The notes beneath the pieces are model-generated. The model was not told the origin of the DNA and made no database searches. It saw nothing but the letters and a program-made list of their open reading frames with translations. This document shows positions 48,672 through 59,200 of a stretch of 64,000 nucleotides of DNA, piece after piece (position 1 is the first letter of the stretch; every line of letters starts with the position of its first letter). This DNA is from Asterias rubens (lineage: Eukaryota): the NCBI RefSeq assembly GCF_902459465.1, contig NC_047071.1, forward strand, positions 868,001 through 932,000. Direction: 5' to 3'. The translations under genes and the position numbers were made by a program.

Positions 48672-50322
48672 AATAGCCCATTCCGGGACAACAATCAAAT
48701 AAGCGAAACAAATTACAAAAGAGACTATTATCTGCATTTGTCTGCGAAATTAAAAATTAAATCAACTCACTAGTCTAACCTAGGTATTATATTATTGTTT
48801 TGATTAATAAACAAACCCAAAATGATTATTACATAATAAATAAATAAGTGATTTGAGTAATAAAATAAAAAAATGTATCAAATAATGGCAAAAACAACTG
48901 TTGTTTATATAAAATAAATTGTACAAACTTGGGGCGCCTGGCGCTCCTACAGACACGGGGTGGGCCGGGACGTAATAAAATGGCGAACATCAACATCATT
49001 ATTTGACGCCAGAATTAGGCAAAGCGAGGTAGCATCTATGCGACAAAAAAATGAATAAAGAATGTCACGATCAGAATCGAAATCATTTCATAGTCGTCGC
49101 TGTAGACGTTGATATGAGACCTCGTAAAACGTATGTAGAGGTTAGAACTTTACATACACACCTATCAGTTATGGGAAGATTGTCTGTCATGTATGTTATT
49201 TTGAACAAGAGTTTGGCAGGTCAGAGGGAAAATGAAACACACTTCTATAATCAGAGTAATTTCCAGTTCGACGCGAACCGCCGAGTGTCGCCGGTTTTTG
49301 AGCAGCGTGAATGGACCGAGGGGCTGCTCAGAGCATGCTCAGAGCCACCGGTTACCCTTGAAAAAGGCTGCTGTCCAGCATTTAGTTTTGTACGAGAAGA
49401 AAGCCATTGAAAATGGCCATCCGATGGTGCAAAACTTGTTTAAGATTGAGCATTAAACTGTGGTCGAATTGACCCGTTTTAACGTTTGATTTTCTCTCCG
49501 ACAGCTGTGTGCACAAAAATTCCCATTGGTGAAGCTGTTGAGATCGTCCAATTACCCGCCTACTTGTCAAAAGGTGTGAAAGTCGCCCTAATTTACATTC
49601 GAATGCAGGGACATTAAAAGAACTGCGTCTCTCTAGCATTTTTAGTTCCAGAGTTATTGAAAAGATTGGCTGATTTTTCCGGGCCATTTTTTATTAAATA
49701 TTTTTCCCCCTTTTCGTCACCACGTGCCGTGTTTGGAGGGGTAGCAGATTATAAGAAGCGGAAACGCTTCTCATATTCTATTTCTGAATCGTAAAATAAT
49801 TATATTTTACATAACTACATTACTTTAAAATGTTTCAAAAAAAAAACAAAAAAAAAAAAACGTTATACTATCGAAAGCTGCCGAAGGCTTCAACACCCCA
49901 TAAATTACTTTATAGGCAATATTTTTGGGTATCTTCTTTTGGTAACAATTATGTTTCGGGCTTAACATTGAAATGCACTCACCCGCTAACCGTGTTCGCT
50001 AACAATACCTGGGTGCTGGTTCACTCAGCTTGCACAAAGAAGGCTAGTAGTAGAAGTGAATTTGTTTCTGTAATTTCATCATCCCTCCATATGATTTCCC
50101 ACGATACCTTTATATGGTTCACGGATTCGGCATCGGGTACTATGTAGCATGCACGGTTTTTGTCGTAAAGTGGTGTTTGAATCTTAAACAACAACACACA
50201 ACATAAACAGTAAACTTGCGGAATGGTGGTTCTTGGGAGGGGAGTATCGACGTTTCGAACATACTCATACTAGCCCGGGTGGGTATACGAAATATAACAC
50301 CGGCTCACCTGTTTCGATTTAA

Positions 50323-50676
50323 AGGCAGTGGACACTATTGGTAATTACTCAAAATAATTATTAGCAAAATCATTACGAGCAATGGGAGAGGTTGATAGTA
50401 TAAAACGGTGTGAGAAACGGCTCCTCTGGAGTAACGTAGTTTTCGAGAAAGAAGTAATTTTACAAAAAACTTTATTTCGATACAAGCATCCTTAAAGCAC
50501 ACCTTCGTGTGACAAGGGTGTTTTTTTTCTTTCATAGTTATCTCCCAATACAACTACGACGGCCAATTGAGCTCAAATTTCCACAGGTTTGTTATTTAAT
50601 GCATTATGTTGAGATACACCAAGTGAGAAGACTGGTCTTTGACAATATTACCAATAGTGTCAACTGTCCAGTGTCT
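50323..50676. mobile_element. Same TTAA MITE family, full-length copy
   Basis: TTAA|AGGCAGTGGACACTATTGGTAA...TGTCCAGTGTCT|TTAA. Confidence 0.8.
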
Positions 50677-51679
50677 TTAAGGAACTGAACACTATTGGTA
50701 ATTAATCAAATTGATTGTTAGTGTAATATTCTTGGTTGGGTTTGGGTCCTTCTTCCTCACGTACGTGCGGAGTAGTAGTAGTAGTAAGTTAATCGGGAGG
50801 GCTTGAACTTGAAGTTGACGTTGAATAATTAAAGTTCGCCACAGAACAAACAAATGACAAGTTGAACTCGAAAGTAAGTTGATGTCACGATAAATGATTT
50901 TATTAAGAGTTCTCTTCTCGAACCCTCCTGTTCTCCAGTCTAGCTCAAACTAAAAACTCTTCCTTTTACATTCCTTTTCTTTATTCCAAACCTTGTTTTT
51001 AATTATCTTCTAAATCACAATATTCTTAATTCCAAACCAACCGCGCGCACGCTCGCGCTTAGTAATTAGCTCACGCTTTGCAGTTGGTTTAGGGTAGATC
51101 ACTACATTAGCATAAGAACTTACTTGGTAATGAGCAATTGAGAGCTGTAGATAGTATAAAAAATGTGAGAAATTGCTCACTTAGAAGTAAAATTTTAATT
51201 TAAAAGACTTTGGGTCTGAAACCTTTTATTATAGGCATCTGAAATCACACACTTTGTGCAGCAAGGCTGCTTTGTGTTCATTGTTCTCTTGCAACTTCGA
51301 TGACCAATTGAGTCCAAATTTTCACATGCATTTTTTGGCGTTATGTTTGGACACACCAATAGTGAAAATACTGGTCCTGACAATTGCCATTAATAGGTGT
51401 CCAGTGCCTTGAAATACAATATTGTATCGGTTAACATTAACCCGACAATCACTGTGTACACAATAAGGCTATTGTGCCGTCTATAATTCGTTATTGATTT
51501 GCCGTTATTTATGAACGGTTTCAAACCATTGTCTTTTATTTGTAACACGTGGCGAGCCTTGATGGTGGTAATTTACAGAAAATTAATTTGAAAATCTGCG
51601 GTTATCTAATCAATATCTGAAATCCACAGGATAAAGCATTACCATGGCCATACCATTGAACAATTATCACTAAGAACAA

Positions 51680-54600
51680 ATGCAAGGAATGGCGTCCGGC
51701 GCTGAAACTGAAACCGCGACTGAGTTTACAAGTCGGGTTACCCAGCAGCTTGTAGGAGGTATAGCTGGTATTGGGCTAGCCATGGGTATGGAGACGGGTC
51801 TGTTTGATGTGATGATCTCAATGGGAGGGAACAAGAAAACCAGCCAGGAGATTGCGGACTTGGCTGGCATGAAAGAAAGGTAAAAACAACTCAACTTTGA
51901 TTTGAAACAATTCTTTTGTTTCAATTTACCTGTATTATGTCTCAATTAATTTAACTAATTATTTATTTATTCATTAATTGCTGGATTTATTTATTTATTC
52001 ATTTATCGTTTATTTATTTGTTGATTGATGTATGTATTTATTTATTTGCTTATGTATTCATTCGTTTATTTATTTATTCATTTATCGCTTATTTCTTAAT
52101 TTATTTATTTTGTTTATTTGTTGATTATTTGATTATTATTGTTATTATTTTGTATGGTATCAAACAAAAATATGTTAATTCTTTTTACTTGTTTGTTAAC
52201 GTATTGGTTTATTTATACATTGTGTTATTTGTTTGTATTTTTGGTGTGGAGTTGTTCGTTAATACATAAACAAAATGTCTTGGTGTTACAAACAATTCAA
52301 CCAAAACTGATTCAAAGAATAATCGTTGGTTGCAAAGCTATGTGGTGACAAGCATTTCAGGGAGAAGGTTCACGCATTCCCAACCCGACTAATTTGAAGC
52401 TGTACCTAAGTTTTCAATCTACGCCTCGACAATATTATACAAATTTAATAATGGTTTGAGGGTGACTATAGTCGATAAATATAATATCGAAACTGCGTGT
52501 GTGGTGTGTTGACACATCCACTGAATTGTAAACACATAGCATTGAGTCATTAGAAATTCAAAGCACTGTTTGAGTGCACATGTAAATAAAATTGCGTTAA
52601 ATTTCTTTTTTCTTTTTTTCTGCTGCACAAATGGATCGGAAAACGAATTGAATTGAATTGAAAAATGAGACTTATGTATTTAAGTCAATGTTAATTATAC
52701 AATTAACTGCCACCATGTTGCTCAATATTGTATGTTAGGGTTGTGATGCATGGCTGCCGCAAACATCATGAACTTTGACCCCGAAGAAGGACAATTTTAA
52801 ACCAATTAACTGTCATGTTGCTCAACATTTTATTTGGACAGGTATGTAAGGGAGTGGTTGGGATGCATGGCCGCCGCAAACATCGTGAACTTTGACCCCA
52901 AAGAAGGGAAGTTCTGGCTTCCATCCCACCGATCAAACATCATAGAGTTGAAAGGTCTGGCGATGACGTTACCCATTCTTTATGGAGGATTCCTCAAAGT
53001 TGCAGAATGCTTCAGAAAGGATGGGCCAACAGGTGATACAAAAAATAAAGTTTTCGTACAGTCAAGCGGCGTTCGGCTCGAAATTAGCAATTTTTTTGGA
53101 AGTGAAGATGTTGAGCCTCCGGGCCTGAATCATAGAGCTGCTTAAATTGTTACCAGACAAAATACAATGTTGCGAGTACTGTTATGTTGCTCAGCTGATA
53201 AAGGTTAAAGGCACTGGACACTATTGGTAAATATTATCATAAAACCTTACTTTGTACCGACCAACTTCGACGACCAATTTGAGCTCAAATTTTCACAGGT
53301 TTGTTGTTTTATGCATAATATGTTGAGATGCACCAAGTGAGAAGACTGGTCTTCGACAACTACCAATATTGTCCAGTGTCTTTAAGCATTATTTTCTGCT
53401 AAAGCAGCTCATAGAAATTGGACCGAGTCTTTATGGTGATGCAGATCACCACAACATTTGGCGTACGTTTTTTTATCACAATGGTAAATATGTAGGCAGA
53501 AGCAAACCAATCGTGCTAGGCAGCTATTTAGTATCTCGTACGTTATCCTTCCGCAATTCTTAAAATAATTTCAGCACAATCAATTGTGTTCTCTTTACCC
53601 AAAAATGTCAACATGGGGATTGTGACAAAGGTGACGAAACTGCCGCTGTTTTTTCGTTTCTTTTTGAAGGGGTTCCTTTTGAAAAGTATCACAAACTTGA
53701 CGACCTGATTCATCTGACGCAAGGGCGTTTCTGTCAGGATCAGCTGCTTCAAGAATTCCTTCCATCTATGCCTCAGTTGCATCGCTGTCTTGGTAAGATA
53801 AAAAAAACATAGTTGAATTGCATGAAGATCAAAGTGTTTTGTCGAGTTTTGTTTTGTCGTTGCACTCTAAAACATTCCCGGGTCAGACTTACCTGTTCTC
53901 CGTTGAGCCTGACATTATTTCCGGGTCAAATTAGAAAAACAGGCTAAAAGGTGTGATTTTTCCTTTGATTCTGTGTCAGCTTGAACCATCTTGGTGATTT
54001 TGAAACAGGTTCCGGATCGGACTTACCCATAAATGGGTCAGGCTCAAAATGACTCTGAATCCGGGTCAATTTCGACCCGGGAGTTTCTAGAGTGTACATC
54101 CAACAATTTTTTTGTCATACCTTTTATTTCAGAGACTGGAATTCACGTTCTGGATCTCGGGTGTGGGGAAGGTACAGCCACCATCACAATGGCTAGACGC
54201 TTTTCCAAGAGCAGGTTTTACGGACTGGATATATCTCAACCCGCCCTCAGAACAGCTCGATACAAAGCAGCCGAGATGGGTCTCTCCAATGTCGAATTCG
54301 TCAAGGCCGATATCTCGCTCATGCCCACTGATTGGACGGACAAATTCGACTACCTCTTTGTTCATTTCGTCCTTCATGATCTCTCATACCCCACCAAGGC
54401 TCTCCGAGAGATGCATCGGGTGCTCAAGCCCGGAGGAACCCTCTCGGTGATCGAGATCAATGCGTATTCAAATCTGGAGGATAACTTAGAGAGACAAGAC
54501 AGAAAATCCATAGTCCTCGCATATTCGTATAGTTTGGTGACCTGTTTGCCTATTTCACTCTGCCCGGGAGACGGGGCAGGCTTGGGTGGATTGTGGGGCA

Positions 54601-54680
54601 GGGAGGAGGCGCAGAAAGCACTTGAACAGGCAAAGTTCCAGGTAGTGTCTGTTACTGAAGCATCGACGGGGTGCACTTGA
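51680..54680 (+). CDS. SAM-dependent methyltransferase, Rv2258c-like (N-terminal winged helix plus class I MTase), 4 exons, ~353 aa. Exons: 51680-51879, 52842-53032, 53670-53792, 54133-54680
   Basis: In-frame spliced product. TSQEIADLAGMKERYVREWLGCMAAANIV is the family wHTH signature. Also ECFRKDGPTGVPFEKY, motif I VLDLGCGEG, FYGLDISQPAL, and DKFDYLFVHFVLHDL...ALREMHRVLKPGGTLSVIE. Confidence 0.85.
53209..53381. mobile_element. Same TTAA MITE family, internally deleted copy
   Basis: Both TIRs and both TTAA flanks are retained; the central part is missing. Confidence 0.75.
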
Positions 54681-54827
54681 TGTGTGTGAAACCTATGGCA
54701 TAGCTCAAAAGTGTGCTGGCTATACGGTAGTCGGCATTTCAGTCAATCCTGTGTGGGTTTTTTTTTCCTCATAAAATTGTTATTTCCTTTTCATTACCTT
54801 ATTTTTGGAGTGTTTGATGAGTATTAA

Positions 54828-55198
54828 AGGCAGTGGACACTATTGGTAATAATTACTCAAAATAATTATCAGCAAAAAACCTCACTTGGTAAGAGCAATT
54901 GGGAGGGGTTGATAGTATAAAACATTTGAGAAACGGCTCCCTCTGAAGTGACGTAGTTTTCGAGAAAGAAGTAATTCCACGAATTTGATTTAGAGACCTC
55001 AAGATTAGAATTAATTTGAGGTCTCGAAATCAAGCATCTGAAAGCACACAACTTTGTGTGACAAGGTTTTTTCTTTTTCTTTCTCCGACGACTAATCGAG
55101 CTCAAATTTTCATAGGTTTATGTTTTATGCGTATGTTGAGATACACTAAGTGAGAAGACTGGTCTTTGACATCTTTTTAACAATAGTGTCCATTGTCT
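54828..55198. mobile_element. Same TTAA MITE family, full-length copy
   Basis: TIRs flanked by TTAA at 54824-54827 and 55199-55202. Confidence 0.8.
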
Positions 55199-56040
55199 TT
55201 AAACAAACTAATTGACGGAGAATATGAGGCTATTAAAACAAGATTAATGTGTCTTGATTAAACTACTGATAATTTTTGTCAGTCGTTCAAGTTTGAAGAA
55301 ATGTTCTGTGCAAATTAATTAGGAGGCCCGCGGTTTTGGCAAACGCTGGACGTCTTATAAAATATCTTTACAAAGAAACTAATGTCATACACACCCATAC
55401 GTATGATGAACCCGCATTTAGTTCAACCACCTCACTGACGCCCATTGTTATCGATGATCATTATTACTAACCAAATTGATGTATGCCTTCAATTTGGTGG
55501 ACTCTTCTCGGGCTGTTTACCGATTCCAGTATAGGCTTACGCGAGAGTCGGTCTGTATAAAATTCGAAGAAACAGCCCAATAAAATTGTCAATTTTTGTA
55601 TGGGTTGTAAATAACTTTTTGGTTGTATCTCATAAGGTCAAGTAATTTCTGTCACTGTGACAGGTGAGCCCACTTTGCTAATTTTCTGCATTCCAATAGC
55701 CTGTATAAAAAAAGCGTTCGCGGGCTGTCTGGCGGGTAGAAACTCGTGAGTATTTCAATCTCCTGCCAACCACACGGCCGCCACTGTGTATAATATGCCA
55801 ATACCCGGTGTCCAAAGGAAATCTATCCGCCGGAGATTCTGTCCTCAATGTGAATTAACATGGACTGAGAAAGCTATGAGAAGTAGTTTCGAACCTATAT
55901 ACAGAATCTACTCCTTACCGGTAGTTGCCAAATCTTATAGACTACTACACGAAGCCGCCCTTCATCCTTTTGCCGCTGCCTTCCGAGTTATTTCTCTTTT
56001 GGTGTGTTTGTTTCATGTATTACCTTTGTCATTTAGGTAG

Positions 56041-56234
56041 GGATTAGGTTGGTGACGAACACTTTTATTATCATGTTGATGGGGGAACTTGCATCGCGAC
56101 CGTCCACAAATTCCAATTTCGGAACAGAATCGGTCTCATCCTCATCAGCATCGCGACCGTTCACAATTCTAATTCCAGAATAGATTCGGTGAACAGCGCC
56201 CTCTCTTGATTGGCTGTTACAAACATCTCTAAAG
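56041..56234 (+). promoter_or_regulatory. CpG-rich VPS33B proximal promoter / 5'UTR
   Basis: Duplicated GCATCGCGACCGT blocks (56091 and 56148) and an inverted CCAAT (ATTGG) just upstream of the ATG. Confidence 0.45.
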
Positions 56235-59200
56235 ATGGCGACTACCATAAAGTCTCCGGATTTCTCCGTGTTGAAACAACTCTCCAAAGAACATTTGGTA
56301 CATCTTTTGGAATCTGTAAGTAGTTCAACAGTCTGATATGTTGAACGCAAGCTTCATATTATTCACATTGTGCTCGAATTAGGTGTAGTACTGTCCGTTT
56401 ACTTATATTTGTCCAGTTTTCGGACAATTCAGTAATCAGTCGACCTGCAGAACTAATGGTTCTGTACGTTGGTGGGCGTGGCCTGCAGCAAGCCTATGTG
56501 CAGTCCTCTGCACGGTTGTGCTGGATGGGGCCGCACAGTCATCTTCCAACAAGTCGCCAATGCCCGATCTGCTACTTAATAAAGACTTGTCATTTTATTT
56601 CGAAACTTGAAAAGCATATTGTTGAAGCCTCGATCCCCGGATATAAACTTTCCCTATGGCGCCACCCACCACTTTTTCACTAATTTTTACCAAAAGGGAT
56701 ATCAATAATTGCGTAAATTAGATACAATATGATCAACATGAAATAGTGATGGCGCCATACAGAAACTTTTCCGCCTCCCCAAAATTTGTTTGGTGTCTAG
56801 TCAATGTTTGTTTTAATAAACAAAATGAGTGACAAAGTGGTGGTACTGGTGGAATACACGATTCAAATTGTATGCTGCCAGCACTTTTTCACAAGATTTT
56901 GTTTACAAAAAGTAATATCTCATTTGGTAAATAAATATTTTGTTATTACCTACATAACAAATAAAAAGTGGTGGCAGGATACAGAAATTTTCCTCACTCT
57001 TTTGTCCCATTCATTTGTTTTAGGCCTACTTTATTTTAATAATTTGATAGACCGAATATCGCAAATCCCGCCTTGCTGATTTTTCTAGTCGAAAGGCATT
57101 GAGTGAAGGAAAAGGGGACTACAATGCCCCGTTTCCTTCCCACCGTGCCTTCGACAATTGAGAAAAATCAGCCAGGCGGGATTCGCAAAAAGGTCTAAAT
57201 GGATCATTGTATTTAAGTACTTTAAAAGTTTAATACTGATTTATTATTATGAGGCAAATGATTGTGAAACTTTGTCAAGGGGGGGGGGGATTAAATGTTC
57301 GTACATTTATAAAGCAATCCAAAATGGTGAGCATGGGACAGAACCCACTTTTATTGGGCGACTTGCATTGGCATGATGGGAGCCTCCTGTATCAAAATAT
57401 TATTCATGTATCCTGCATGGATACATGTACGTGTATGTACGTCTCTTGTTGATGTAATTTTGAACTTGCCTATTGAGTCAATATACAGTCGTTTTTGCAG
57501 TTAATCAGTGAAGCTTGGAAGCCTGAGGAAACCTGTAGTGTAAACAAACGTGTACCAAATCATGTAAATGTGGGACTGATCAGTGAAGCTTTGAAGCCTG
57601 AGGAAACCTGTAGTGTAAACAAACGTGTACCAAATCATGTAAATGTGGGACTGATCAGTGAAGCTTTGAAGCCTGAGGAAACCTGTAGTGTAAACAAACG
57701 TGTACCAAATCATGTAAATGTGGGACTAATCATTTACATGATCATAATGGGTAATTTGTTTTCAGGATTCAGGCATGTCAGGAGGAGTGTCTATAGCCAA
57801 GGACACTTCTGGGTTAGGGCTTTGATAAACATGTGGACAATATTTCTTATCAGATAATTATCACATAATTTCCACTCACCCTTTGCCTTGCAGATTCCTG
57901 AGATGAAGGACCTAGTAATAGATCCTGAGTTAATGAGACCCCTAGACAGGATAGCTGGAGCTCAGCTGCTCAAGGTAAATAATATTCCCTCAATCAAATT
58001 GCGCTTTATCATCGTTGATCGACTATAATAATAATAATAATAAGACTTGTAATCGCACATATCCACCCTGCTGGGTGTTCAAGGCGCAATAAAACCAAAA
58101 ACAAAGAAAACAGACACAACAAAATTAGTCCTTGAAAACCTATGACTATGACTTACGCTTGTGTCAGAATGATCCATCACTCCTTAATTCTTATAGACCT
58201 AGCGTTTTTATTTTACAATAAACAGAAAGTACACACAAAAATTGTCCACCCAACACTCTGAAAATCTACTTTGAAAACAAAAGCATCCTCACTCATGTGA
58301 TGTTCATAACAGCTGTTGCTTTCACCAATCTCTTCCTAACTTAGGATTAATCTTAAGAATTCGGACGAGTTCAGTTCCGTATCCAAAGACGTTAGGATGC
58401 ATTGAACTCAACCTAAGTTAGGACAGGTTACTCGTCCAAACTCGAGATAGGATTAATCTTAGCGATTCGTGAAATCGACTGCAGGAATCCTATATTCATA
58501 AGTTTTGGGATGTCACTGCGCTATACATGACAAAATAAAGGATGACACAAGTCAAGTGTTCTGCCAATCAAATGACCAGGATCTGTGTGTGTAGTATACA
58601 TAGTAGGCCTTACTGTATAGAAATGATTGTTTGCTATCGATAAACTTGCACATTCCTGTCAAGTAAGAAAAAGGTCCAATTTACCCAAAATATTAACTCA
58701 TCTTCTATAATTGTCTTAATAAATAGAGACATGGAGTTGACAAGATATTCAAGCTGGAGAGCAACAAATTGGAGGTCAGCGGAGACTCGTAAGTAAAACT
58801 GCTCCTCAAATTTTGTTATTGTGGCGTGTCATGGGCAATCAGTTTAGTGCTTTGTACTGGAGTTCTTGTGGTCGAGTCATTGGGATGTGGGTTAGAACCC
58901 GGTTCGATTCTTGGTCATAACACTTTTGTCCTTGAGCAAGACTCTTGACTCTAATATTTATTCTCTTCTGATATGGGTGCCTGTGAGGGCTGAGATGGTT
59001 CTTGTGGTTAATTTATTTAGCTTGATGCACAAGGTTGTAGGTTCGCACCCTGCAAGCTGACTGCTGATTTTATCTTTGTAGACTATGATTAATTTATTAT
59101 CCACTCACATTTATTACTCCTACTTGCACCAAATCTGTTGGTGCTTTTGGTTAAATTTGCCCCTACCTTTTGAACAATCTTCCCTACAATATCTGCTCGC

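Noticed and set aside
49382-49687. 101-aa minus ORF as an alternative SLC30A5 first exon (H1 nested in an intron)
   Set aside because: It has no phase-2 donor compatible with the next exon. The 46194-46237 exon fits phase and sequence better.
56033-56350. 105-aa minus-strand ORF
   Set aside because: It is antisense to the VPS33B promoter and exon 1, and its internal repeat comes from the duplicated promoter block.
58700-58726. Possible U12 branch site (TCTTAAT) before VPS33B exon 3
   Set aside because: The matching donor is AAG|GTAAAT, a U2-type site.
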